Shown here: positions 1 to 11,998 of the stretch, piece by piece
Layout: each line of letters begins with the position of its first letter
Numbering within the stretch: the stretch's first letter is position 1
Assembly (NCBI GenBank): GCA_951406725.2
Contig: OX597833.1
Coordinates: forward strand, 3,348,001 to 3,412,000
Length of the DNA: 64,000 bases
From: Octopus vulgaris
Lineage: Eukaryota
Direction of reading: 5' to 3'
Notes under the pieces: model-generated
The model's input: the letters and a program-made list of their open reading frames with translations, nothing else
What the model was told of the DNA's origin: nothing
Database searches by the model: none
Program-made: the position numbers and the translations under genes

Positions 1-49
1 ATAAAAAACAATAATATTTTTTTTTTTTTTTAGTTTTCAAACATATATA

Positions 50-484
50 CAGGAGTGGCTGTGCGGTAAGAAGCTTGCTTCCCAACCACATGGTTCCGGG
101 TTCAGTCCCACTGCATGGCACCTTGGGCAAGTGTTTTCTTATATAGCCTCAGGCCAACCAAAGACTTATGAGTGGATTTGGTAGACGGAAACTGAAAGAA
201 GCCCGTCGTATATATGTGTGTGCATGTGTGTGTGTGTGTGTGTGTGCGTGTGTGTGTGTGTGTGTGTACTTGTTATTTTTATCTGTATTTGTTCCTCCAC
301 CATCGCTTGACAACCGGTGTTGGTGTGTTTACATCCTCATCACTTAGCAGTTCAGGAAAAAGAGACCAATAGAATAAGTGTTAGGCTTACAAAAGACTAA
401 GTTCTGGGGTCAATTTGTTTGACTAAAGGTGGTGCTCCAGCATGGCCGCAGTCAAATGACTGAAACAAGTAAAAGAATAAAAGA
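50..484 (+). mobile_element. tRNA-derived SINE, family A, full length
   Basis: A-box-like TGGCTGTGCGG, B-box-like GGTTCAGTCCC, CORE-like accttgggcaagtg, internal (TG)n, tail gaaacaagtaaaaga. Confidence 0.9.
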
Positions 485-1451
485 CTGCTTTTAAAATATA
501 TATGACATTCGAAGCCTGGTGCAGCCTTCTGGCTTGCCAGACTTCAATCAAACCGTCCAACCCAGGCCAGCATGGAAAGTGGCTGTTAAACGACAACAAC
601 GATGATGATTCATTCAGAGTTGGGGCTTGACATGATTGCCAATGGTTCCACTTAGCCAAACTAATGCATCTTAGGTAATCCTTTGTAATCTCAACCAATG
701 CAAAAGAAGTTCATGAATTCATATACTAAAATATGTGATTTATTTTCCCCTCACTTTGTCTATACTCACTATCTCAAATAGAAGTATTTTTTTATATTTT
801 TTTTTGTTTTTCACATTTAAACAAACGTTTTTCTGAAGGAATCCAAGTGAAAAGAACATTATAGAAAGATTTTGCAGCTGAAATACGGTGTGAGATTTCT
901 ATAAAACTTTGGTCTTCTCAAGAACTGTATGCATTCATTACAGCATATCAAAGACTTGATTCTTTAATGTGTCCTTCATATTGTTTAAGTCACCATCATT
1001 CTGTCAACTCTTCAGGTATAGTCTATCTAGGAATACACTTTCAAATGTAGCCTTGCTTTGTTCATTTTTTTTAAAATAGCATATTGTGATTTGAGGGAGA
1101 TTTTTGGCTGCTATTGTTATCAAACAAAGAGCATGTAGAAGCTCCCTCTTTAGTTTCAATATTTCTATTTATTGATTGTCATAGTAAAGTTTTCCTGATA
1201 TTCTTTTGTACTTTTGATTTAATCTCCTGCTAAGCAGATAAAAATGGATAAAAAGGATATTGCTTTATCAGACAATGATATTATATTTTTTAGGAAATAA
1301 ATAAATATCTTTAATACTATTTTATATATTTCAATTATTAAAAAAGAATTTTATATTTTCAAATCTTTTGCTGAGTATACAATATCATTTACTATCCATT
1401 ATCATATACAATATAATATCTCTTAATAAGAGGTTAAAAATCTCTTTTATA

Positions 1452-1855
1452 TACTCTTTTACTCTTTTACTTGTTTCAGTCATTTGACTGCGGCCATGCT
1501 GGAGCACCGCCTTTAGTCAAGCAAATCGACCCCGGGACTTATTCTTTTTGTAAGCCCAGTACTTATTCTATCGGTCTCTTTTGCCGAACCGCTAAGTGAC
1601 GGGGACGTAAACACACCAGCATCAGTTGTCAAGCAATGCTAGGGGGACAAACACACACACATACACACACATATATATATATATATACATATATATACGA
1701 CAGGCTTCTTTCAGTTTCCGTCTACCAAATCCACTCACAAGGCATTGGTCGGCCCGGGGCTATAGCAGAAGACACCTGCCCAAGATGCCGCGCAGTGGGA
1801 CTGAACCCGGAACCATGTGGTTGGTTAGCAAGCTACTTACCACACAGCCACTCCT
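1452..1855 (-). mobile_element. SINE-A, full length (young subfamily)
   Basis: Near-identical to 27471-27878 and 56206-56613 (shared gcaatgctag and gctatagcagaag-type variants). Confidence 0.9.
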
Positions 1856-2735
1856 AATTATTTTTTATTATTTTAGCTTTTTATTTCAAATACTAAACAG
1901 CAGAAAGGCATAAATTTTACATATGCCTCTTAATTTACTTTCCACAGCTATCTCAATGGTGTTTCTTCTGATTAGATGGGTAACGGTCACATTTTAATTA
2001 ATTTTATATATCAATTATGCAATTACATAAATGACAATGTTTTTATTCCATTGAAACAGCTGTTGAGATCAAATAAATTATAAATCACTTGTAAAATTCA
2101 TGCTTCTTTACTGTTTACTATTTAAAATATCCTTAACTGTTGTTTCAGCCAATTCAGTATCTACATGCAAGTTCATTCCATCAATATTTATTGCATTGTA
2201 ATAATGTATTGGAGATAATTGATGCGTTAATAATGCAGCTCTTAAAAATCATGGCTATATTTTATGATTTTTATCAGGATATAAAAATGTTATTCTAATT
2301 ATAATATTTATGTTGTAACATCGTATAATAATGTAATGCAAAATCTATTCATGTATAATTAAAACACTTTTTGTATTATTATTATACAGATGCTGATATG
2401 AAGTTTCATTAACCAATCACAGGGTTTAACTGCAATTACTAGTGTAAAAGGGAAGGTGAGGTAAGTCACTTATAAATGTTTGTTGTTCACATGTATTACT
2501 GTATTACTTGAGTTCTCAACTCCTAGTTGAGTTATAGGGGTCCGGTCTAGATATACAACTTGCCTTTGACATTTTAAATAAACCAGACAGAGCCATTTCA
2601 ATTGATTTTCTCAGGAGTCCACCAGGGAAAGAGAGAGAGAGAGAGAGGAAGAAAGAGGGGGAGAGAAGGAGAAGGGGGAGAGGAGAGGGAGACAAGAAAA
2701 TGGTTCCAGAAGGATCACTGCTACTTTATTGCATA

Positions 2736-3370
2736 TGCATGAGGACAGCTGTGTAAAGAAGTGCCAAACTCTAACTGTAGAGAGAACCTGTGGTAGAGGT
2801 AGACCCAGGAAGACATGGAACGAGGTGGTGAAGCATGATTTTCAAACTTTCTTCTCACAGAGGCAATGACCAGTGACTGAGACCTTTGGAGATATGCTGT
2901 GCTTGAGAAGACCAATAAAGCCAAGTGAAATTGTAGTCATGACTGATGTTGGTGTCACATAAGTGGCACCCATGCCAGTGGAACATAAGTGGCACCTTTC
3001 AAGCGTTGGGCCTCACGGAGGTAAAGTGGCTGAGTTCCTTTCGAGTGTTAGGCTCCACCGAGGCAATGACTGAGACCTTAGGCATTATGTCATGCTTGAG
3101 AAGAAGACCCATTAAGCCTAACAAAATCACAGTCATGGCAGATAATGGTGTTGCACAAATGACACCCGTGCTGGTGGCATGTAAAAGCACCCACTACATT
3201 CTCAGAATGGTTGGTGCTAGGAAGGGCATCCAGCCATAGAAAGCCATGCCAAATTAAACTGGAGCTCGGTGCAGCCTTCCAGCTTGCCAGCTCTGGTCAA
3301 ATTGTCCAACCCATGCCAGCATGGACAATGGACGTTAAATGACAACAATGATGATGATGATGATGATGAT
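2736..3370 (+). mobile_element. RTE-clade LINE 3' fragment
   Basis: Degenerate ORF end CVKKCQTLTVERTCGRGRPRKTWNEVVKHD, then 3'UTR aggaagggcatccagcc...ccaacccatgccagcatgg and (GAT)n tail. Confidence 0.8.
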
Positions 3371-3388
3371 ATACATATATATATATAT

Positions 3389-3600
3389 TCAAAATGTGAC
3401 TGCGTGTGTACCGTTAGCGATTTTTTTTCCTCTGTCTTCCCTTCTCTGGATCTTTCCTTCTATGTTTCCGACGAAGAGCTCCGCTCGAAACGTTAAACCC
3501 TCCTTCTTCCCTTCCTTCCTGAGCGTCCAATAATACTATATTTGTTCCACGTCCTCGCGTTGTTGTGTTTTCTCTTTGTGTTTTCATGTTTGGATTAACT
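3389..3600 (+). mobile_element. Hammerhead-bearing short element (Penelope pLTR-like/retrozyme-like), divergent subfamily, copy 1
   Basis: 3464-3498: GTTT-CCGACGA-A-GAGC-TCC-GCTC-GAAAC-GTT-AAAC. Shares cgttagc, cctgagcgt and taatac blocks with the other copies; (TA)n/(CA)n on both sides. Confidence 0.65.
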
Positions 3601-3664
<64 letters not shown>

Positions 3665-3668
<4 letters not shown>

Positions 3669-3771
3669 ATATCGCACGTTCCGATGACCTCTACTCAACT
3701 CCTGATGTCTAGACTTCTCCCTCTAAATCTACGTATTGGGCTAGCCTACTTCATTGTCTGGGGACGTTCAC

Positions 3772-3777
<6 letters not shown>
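3665..3777. mobile_element. 113-bp TGT...ACA element within (TA)n
   Basis: Imperfect terminal inverted repeat TGTTATATCGCACGTTCC / GGGACGTTCACACAACA. Confidence 0.45.
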
Positions 3778-3809
<32 letters not shown>

Positions 3810-3834
3810 CATACATATATATATACATACATAC

Positions 3835-3867
<33 letters not shown>

Positions 3868-3892
3868 CATATATATATACATATCTATATAT

Positions 3893-3971
<79 letters not shown>

Positions 3972-4362
3972 TCTGTCAATCTACTTATGTATCTATCCAT
4001 GACCAGTTTGATAGTTTTTCAACAAATCTAATGTCTTCAGGAATAGAGGTTTGATAACAGTGAATCAATGAACTATTGATATTGATCTGAAGGAACTTCC
4101 CGCTACACTGGTTTGGCCTTGAACCAGTCAAAGGCTTCTTACAAGTTATTCTATAAAGGCAACCAAGATCATACCAATATGACCTTTGGTAAACTAAAAT
4201 ATCTAGAACATATTTACCATTTCTATCTGTTTTTGTGGGGTTATTAAGTCCATTAATACAAAAAACAGTTGCCAGTGCCGCTGGACTGGTTCCTGTGCAG
4301 CATGGAAAGTGGACATTAAACGATGATGATGATGATAATGATATATATATGTATATATACAT

Positions 4363-4462
<100 letters not shown>

Positions 4463-4640
4463 GATAGCCTGGTCGGTCATGGTGATCACGGTGATATATA
4501 TATTTATATGGATATATATATCACACACACACACTACAGTTAACGACGATGATGATGATGATGATGATATATATATATACATATATATATATACATATAT
4601 ATATATACATATATATATATACATATATATATATATACAT

Positions 4641-4893
4641 GGCTATCAGAGGTTGTTACGCATCGCTGGTCACAATGACACCACCCCGCTGGCTAAGCTA
4701 GCAGGCCAATAGAAGAAAGAGAGAAAGTTGTAGTGAAAGAGTACAGCAGGGATCGCCACCACCCACTGCCGGAGCCTCGTGGAGCTTTAGGTATTTTCGG
4801 TCAATAAACACTCACAACGCCCGGTCTGGGAATCGAAACCGCGATCCTACGACCGCGAGTCCGCTGCCCTAACCACTAGGCCATTGCGCCTCC

Positions 4894-4894
<1 letters not shown>
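4641..4894 (-). mobile_element. SINE with D-type head and a different tail
   Basis: About 170 bp near-identical to 41830-42000, then switches to a tail also seen at 54640-54740. Confidence 0.85.
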
Positions 4895-4926
<32 letters not shown>

Positions 4927-5128
4927 GCAGATGCCCAATGTAAGAGCATACCTTTGATGCAGGCCTGAGGAAGTGTTACTAATATTTGAAACTGGAAATG
5001 TTTTGTAAATTTTCTCTTGGAACTGTTGTGGGAATTGGCAATGCTGGAGCAGGGATGCCGCAGAAACAATTGTAACTGGTCGTTAAAGATGTATCAGACT
5101 CTTTCATTGTTTGCTGATTTGGATTATA

Positions 5129-5166
<38 letters not shown>

Positions 5167-5557
5167 TGTGTGTTTAGGCGCATGTGTATGTATGTGTGTA
5201 CATGTGTGTGCATGTATGCATGTGTGTATGTGTGTGTATGTCCGTATGTAAGTGTATGTGTACGTAAATGTATTTGTGTGTGTATGTGGTATTTAGGAGA
5301 GAGGAAGAGAGAGAGAGAGAGGAGAGAGGGACAAACAGACAGACTGACAGACAGACAGATAGGTAGACTCATAAGCAGACAGACAAACAGCTGATAGACA
5401 GAGACAGAGAGGGACAGACAAACAGACAGACAGACAGAAACAGATATACAGAGAGAGAGAGAGAGGGAGAGAGAGGGAGAGAGAGGAACAGACAGACAAA
5501 AAGAGAAGCATTAAGACAGAGATAGAAATAAAAACAGCGACACATGGAGACAGAGAG

Positions 5558-5559
<2 letters not shown>

Positions 5560-5597
<38 letters not shown>

Positions 5598-5923
5598 ACA
5601 CAGAGAGAGGGACACTGAGAGAAAGAGGGACAGAGAGAAAGAAAGGAACAGAAAAAGAAAGAGAGACAAGGCAAGAGAAAGTGAGAGAGAGAAGGCAAGA
5701 GAGAGAGAGAGAGAAAGGAACAGAGAAAGAGAGAGAGAGACAAGGCAAGAGAGAGTGAGACACAGAATGAGAGAGAGAGAGACAAGGCAAGAGAGAGTGA
5801 GACACAGAATAAGAGAGAGAGAGAGAAAGGAACAGAGAAAGAGAGAGAGACAAGGCAAGAGAGAATGAGACAGAGAGTGAGAGAGAGAGAAAGGAACAGA
5901 GAAAGAGAGAGAGAATGAGAGTG

Positions 5924-5955
<32 letters not shown>
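5560..5955. repeat. (GA)n tract with higher-order repeats
   Basis: Recurring aaaggaacagagaaag and gacaaggcaagag modules. Confidence 0.85.
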
Positions 5956-5958
<3 letters not shown>

Positions 5959-6363
5959 TCTTTGATGAACTCATCTACTTCAATGTCCTCTCCACTAACG
6001 ATGCTACTCAATGTAGCAACTTGCCATGGGAGCAACAGACTTCCAACAGAGTTAAAGTAGCGACATGCTGAACACCAGACTCTTCCATTAGTCATGGCAA
6101 CGTGCCAGAACTGTGGCTTTCCATTTTAGGATTTCAATATCCATTCCTTGTCGATGCTTATCCATCTTTTCCTCTGTCTGCATCTCCCCTTTTTTTCCCC
6201 TCTCTCTCTCTTTAGTTCCTTGAAGAACTGTCTCTGCAAAATCTACAGATCTTGTTACAAGGCCAAATATATTATATTCCATCTCAGCTTTTTGTTCCCT
6301 TCACTGTCATGTCAAGATCTTCATGAGGGCCAATGTGAAACTGAATAGGGTTGCAGATGGTTT

Positions 6364-6487
6364 CATGAGTCCACGAGTCCACGAGTTCACGATTCCACGA
6401 GTTCACGAGTCCACGAGTTTACGAGTCCATGAGTCCATGAGTTTACAAATCCACGAGTCCATGAGTTCACGAGTCCACAAGTCCACG
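6364..6487. repeat. 8-bp minisatellite (CACGAGTC)n
   Basis: About 15 degenerate units. Confidence 0.85.
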
Positions 6488-6539
6488 TGTGGCCCAAGTA
6501 CAAAATATCTAAGCAGTTACTGTACTGATGTCAAGTAAA

Positions 6540-7380
6540 AAGTGTCCAATACTGGTGTCACATAAAAAGCACGGGTGATGGGGCTACGTAAAAATCACTG
6601 GTGATGGGGCCACATATTATTTACTGGTGCTGGCATAGGTGTCATGTAAAAAAAACACTGGTGCTGGTGCCATATAAAAAGTATCCAGAATGCTTTGTAA
6701 AGTGGTGGGCATTAGGAAGGGTATCCAACCATAGAAACCATGTCTGAACAGACAATCACAGCCTGGTGTGAATCCTGGTCTTGTCGGCTCCTGTCAAAGC
6801 ATCCAACCCATGCTGTCAGCATGGAAAAAGGACGTTAAATCCTCCTCCTCGTCATCATCATCATCGTTTAATGTCTGGTGCCCATGCTGGCATGGGTTGG
6901 ACAGTTTGACTGAGGTCTGGCAAGCCAGAAGGCTACACCAGGCTCCAATCTGATCTGACAAGGTTTCTACAGCTGGATGCCCTTCCTAATGCCAACTGCT
7001 CCGAGAGTGTAGTGGATGCTTTTTACGTGCCACCGGCATGAGGGCCAGTCAGGCGGTACTGGCATCAACCATGCTTGAATGGTGCTTTTCATGTGCCAGC
7101 AGCACAGGAGCCAGTCCAGCAGCACTGGCATTGGCCACGACTATGGTTTCGCTTAACTGAACAGGTCTTCTCAAGCACAGCATATTGCCTGATGATTGAA
7201 AGGAACTCTGGTTATATGACACTGGCATCGGCCACGCCTACTCTCTCCCTTGTCTTGCAGGGTCATCTCAATCACAGCATATCTCCAAAAATCTCAGTCG
7301 CTTGTCATTGCCTCTGTGAGGCCCAACATTTGAAGGTTGTGCTTCACCACTTCATCCCATGTCTTCCTGGGTCTACTTCT
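6540..7380. mobile_element. Two RTE-LINE 3' ends arranged tail-to-tail
   Basis: + copy about 6540-6840; - copy about 6850-7380 with SRPRKTWDEVVKHNLQMLGLTEAMTSD. Confidence 0.8.
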
Positions 7381-7383
7381 TAA

Positions 7384-7396
7384 ATGATGATGATGT

Positions 7397-7469
<73 letters not shown>

Positions 7470-7523
7470 GATTATGATGATGACGAAAATGATGACGATG
7501 ATGATGATGATGAGGATGATGAA

Positions 7524-7562
<39 letters not shown>

Positions 7563-7763
7563 GATTATGATGATGACGAAAATGATGACGATGATGATGA
7601 TGATGATGAAGATGATGATGATGATGATGATGACGACGATGATGATGATGATGATGATGATGATGACGACGATGACGACGATGATGATGATGATGATGAT
7701 GATGATGAAGATTATGATGATGACGAAAATGATGACGATGATGATGATGATGAGGATGATGAA

Positions 7764-7805
<42 letters not shown>

Positions 7806-8031
7806 GATTATGATGATGACGAAAATGATGACGATGATGATGATGATGATGAAGATGATGATGATGATGATGATGAAGATGATGATGATGAGGATGATGA
7901 TGACGATGACGATGATGATGATGATGATGATGATGATGACGATGACGATGACGATGATGATGATGATGATGATGATGATGACAATGACGACGATGATGAT
8001 GACGATGACGATGATGATGATGATGATGATG
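7384..8031. repeat. (GAT)n array with higher-order structure
   Basis: gaagattatgatgatgacgaaaat recurs four times (about 7467, 7560, 7707, 7803). Confidence 0.95.
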
Positions 8032-8097
8032 ATTCCATTGCTTGCATCTTCCTCTGTACTTCTGCTGGGAGTGTCCGCATCTCACATGTGTGCAACT

Positions 8098-8412
8098 GGC
8101 TCTCCATCGATTACGATGACAAATGTTCCTGTTGATCCAATCAACAGAACAGCCTGCTCATGAAATTAACGTGCAAGTGGCTGAGTACTCCACAGACATG
8201 AGTACCTTTAACATAAGTCTTCGGGGAGATTCAGTGTAACGCATAATGCAACAAGGCCGGTCCTTTGATATACAAGTCCTACTCATTTTTGCCAGCTGAG
8301 TGGACTGGAGCAACGTGAAATAAAGTGTCTTGCTCAAGGACACAATGCATCGCCAGGAATTGAACTCACGACCTTACGATCATGAGCCGAATGCCCTAAC
8401 CACTAAGCCATA
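8098..8412 (-). mobile_element. SINE with C-type head and D-type tail
   Basis: tccttgagcaagacactttatttcacgttgctccag joined to the ccacttgcacgttaatttca tail. Same type at 19411-20300; tail-only fragment at 12781-12926. Confidence 0.85.
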
Positions 8413-8574
8413 TGAGAATAGGAAGATAAAATGTATGAATCAGTGCAAGAATTAGGCCTGGTGTTGCGTGGTGATGTTCTTGTCTCTCCAAATATGGTTT
8501 AAACGGTTCGTATAAGTCTTTTGTCTTTAGTCCTAACCTAGCAATCCTGAACAGTGTCACATGACCCAGACTAC

Positions 8575-8722
8575 AGAATGGCACCTTATCAAATACTTCG
8601 TCCAGATCAATAAGTTCCCGATAGAATCGTTTTGTTCTTCTTTCGGAATTTCTTTTTTTTTTTGTGGGTTGTCTCACCAGGAATATGGTGTCTCTGATTC
8701 CACTACCACCTGATTCAAACTT
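8575..8722 (-). mobile_element. Decayed non-LTR reverse transcriptase fragment
   Basis: RDTIFLVRQ...ELIDLDEVFDKVP resembles the LINE RT motif DAIFxxRQ...FIDLEKAFDRVP. Confidence 0.6.
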
Positions 8723-9372
8723 AAATCACCACTGCCGCCGTCACCACCGATGCCACAGCCGCCACCATCACCATCACCACCATCACCACCATCATCACCA
8801 CTACCACCACCACTTCCATCACCACTACTTCTGCCACTACCGCCACCACCACCACCATCATCACCACCTCCTCTTCCACCACCACCACCACCACCACCAC
8901 AACCACCACTACCACTACCACCATCACCACCACCACCACAACCACCACAACTATCATCACCACCAGTACCACCACCACAACCACCACAACTATCATCACC
9001 ACCACCACCACCACGACCACCACCACCAACAACAACAACAACTACAACATTAGCAACAGCACCAATACCATCACTGCCAGCAACAAAAACAGCAATACTA
9101 CCACCAACACCAGTAACTACTCTACCATTATCAATACCACCACCACCACTACTACGACCCGAACCACCACCGACAACAACACCAATGCTACAAACAACAA
9201 AAACAAGCTACATGGTGAGAGCAGTTTGCCAATAAAAGACATTACACAATAATGGTAATTAGTGATGTATAGGTGGGCGGTAGGGGTGGCGGTGGGGGTA
9301 GAGGTGGGAGGAGGGAGGAGGACAGACAGACAGGTGGAGAGAAAGAGAGAGAGAGAGAGTCTACGAATTTGA

Positions 9373-9403
<31 letters not shown>

Positions 9404-9635
9404 TATGTGTGAGTGTGTGGGTGTGTGTGTGTGCGCGTAGGCTGGGTAGATACAGGTGGGAGAGAAACTGACATTACTGATAGACAGGTAGAGAGAGAGA
9501 GAGAAAGAGAGAGAGAATGTGAGACAGTCGATCACAGACATAAGCTACAAATGCATTTATATATATATTATATATATATAATATATATATATATATATTA
9601 TATATATATTATATATATTATATATATATTATATA

Positions 9636-9709
<74 letters not shown>

Positions 9710-9731
9710 GTATATATGTATGTATATAATA

Positions 9732-9867
<136 letters not shown>

Positions 9868-9977
9868 CATATATGTGTGTATATATATATATATATTCAG
9901 ATATATATGCACATATACATCATACACATGCATTCTCACAAAGAGGCTTACATATGTAAAACATACACACACACACA

Positions 9978-10028
<51 letters not shown>

Positions 10029-10348
10029 GACACACACACACACCTGCAAACATGCTTGTTGCACACATACACACAAGCACATGCATATGCAGCCTCACAC
10101 ATATACGCACGCAAAAAGTGAAAAAGTGGAAAGCAAAGGTGTAGGGGACAGGAGGGGGGTAGGGGTAGGGGGTAGGGGGTAGGGTAGGGGGCACTTATCA
10201 AAGAAAAAAAAATCACCTCTTTTCAAAAAATTGAATTGGTTTGGTGGGGAGGTGGGTGGGGGAGATGGAAGGGGCGAGGGTGCTGTGAGGCGAGTGGCGG
10301 GTTGAGGAAAGAGGGGTTGCTGCATGCTGGGTCAGGGTGGGGGTGGGT

Positions 10349-10638
10349 GATAGTAATATGAGAGTGAGGAGGAGGAGGTGTTGTCGGTGGCAGGGGTGGT
10401 GTGTGACATGACAGAGGTGAGGGAGCAGACAGGTGTGTGCGTAGAGGGGGAGAGGAGGTTATGTGGGAATGGGAGGGCAGGGTGGGGGGGGGGGATAGTA
10501 ATATGAGAGGGAGGAGGAGGAGGAGGTGTTGTCAGTGGCAGGGGTGTGTGTGACATGACAGAGGTGAGGGAGCAGACAGGTGTGTGCGTGTGTGTGCGTG
10601 GAGGGGGGAGGAGGTTATGTGGGAATGGGAGGGCAGGA
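10349..10638. repeat. ~145-bp G-rich tandem duplication
   Basis: gatagtaatatgagag...gtgtgacatgacagaggtgagggagcagacagg...gttatgtgggaatgggagggcagg, twice. Confidence 0.9.
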
Positions 10639-11285
10639 GTTGGGGAAGGAGGAGGAGGAGAGAAAAAGGTGAAGAGGGAGAGGAAGAGGGGGAGGAGAAT
10701 AAAATATTTTACAGAAAGTTCTGGAGTAAATTGAATTGCTTCCAAAAATGGTCTGTTCTTGGTGGTGGTGGTGGTGGTGGTGGTAGAGGTGGTGGTGGTA
10801 GAGGTGGTGGTGGTGGTGGTGGTGGTGGTGGTGGTGGTGGTGATGGTGGTTGTGGTGTCATCAGTGGTGTTGGTGGTGGTGGTGGTGACGTAGTTGTTGT
10901 TGGTATTTGTGGTGGTGGTCATGTTAATACCATTGCTATTGTTTAGCCCCCAACTCAACTCTGATCAAGTGGACCTATGATCACAGACATTCCTACCATG
11001 GCTATTACATCTATTTACATTATCCAATATGTCCTTTGTTTTTCTTTAAGACAACAGAGTACAATCTGGAAGGGATTTGACTGTTATTTCTAGCAGATAA
11101 CTTCACTACACAGTGGCTCCCTCTCTGATGTTGGTCTTTTAGATAAGAACATTCTTTTGTATTGAGGCTTTCAAGTTCAAATACTGCCAAAGATAACTTA
11201 GTTTTTCACCCTTCCAGGGTCAATGAAATACCAGCCCTTGTCCTGGGGTCTTTGAATCAACTAACCCCTCACTGATAACTCATAC

Positions 11286-11569
11286 AGGTGCAAGCATGGC
11301 TGTGTGGTAAGAAGCTTGCGTCCCAGCCACATGGTTCTGGGTTCAGTCCCATTGCATGGCACCTTGGGCAAGTGTCTTCTACTAGTTCATCAAGCCAACC
11401 AAAGTCTTGTTAGTGGATTTGGTAAATGGAAACTGAAAGAAGCACATCATGTGTGTGTGTGTTTGTGTGTTTGTTCCCCCACCCCACTTGACAACTTGTT
11501 GGTGATGTGTTTACATCCCCATGATTTAGTGGTTCAACAAAAGAGACTGATAAAATAAATACCAGGCTT
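11286..11569 (+). mobile_element. SINE-A, 3'-truncated
   Basis: Head and body match family A; ends at an (ATC)n RTE tail. Confidence 0.85.
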
Positions 11570-11707
11570 CATCATCATCATCATCATCATCATCGTTCTC
11601 CATGCTAGCATGGGTTGGACGGTTCGACCAGGTTCTGGGAAGCCAGAAGGCTGCACCAGGCTCCAGTCTGATCTGGCAATGTTTCTACAGCTGGATTCCC
11701 TTCCTAT

Positions 11708-11998
11708 AGAGCCAGAGGTGGTTTCAACCAGGTTGGTATCAAAGGGGTTAAGAATTGTTTCTCTATTATATATTTTAACCCTTTTGTTACCATATTTCTG
11801 TTGAGATGCTCTGTGTTTCTTTCAATTAATTTTAAATATAACAAAGAATTTAGTAAAATAACTTTGTTATCATTCAGCTAGTGTTGGGAACATAAATTGT
11901 GACTAAGGTTTGGTGGAAGATTTTAATTCAAAACTTATGAAAACCTGACATTTGTACTACAGAGCCAGAGGCAGTTTCTGCCAGGTTGGTATCGAAAG
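11708..11998 (+). mobile_element. piggyBac-like MITE (end of unit 1, spacer, unit 2)
   Basis: Same unit and same spacer gaattgtttctctattatatatt as 51060-51538. Confidence 0.75.

Noticed and set aside
1626-1913. Recurrent peptides such as LLSVSVYQIHSQG and RHLPKMPRSGTEPG
   Set aside because: Chance translations of SINE-A, not a protein family.
5955-6150. Reverse-strand peptide ending GEDIEVDEF
   Set aside because: Faintly resembles a LINE RT C-terminal segment but is too short and degenerate to call.
7294-8163. Long poly-Asp/poly-His/poly-Met ORFs (also 13808-14931, 21758-22512, 24207-24988, 48541-49747)
   Set aside because: Translations of trinucleotide microsatellites, open in several frames and on both strands, with no splice or domain support.
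10140-10200. (GGGGTA)n tract and gggttagggtt at about 23411 as telomeric repeats
   Set aside because: Not TTAGGG arrays; at most a generic G-quadruplex-prone tract.
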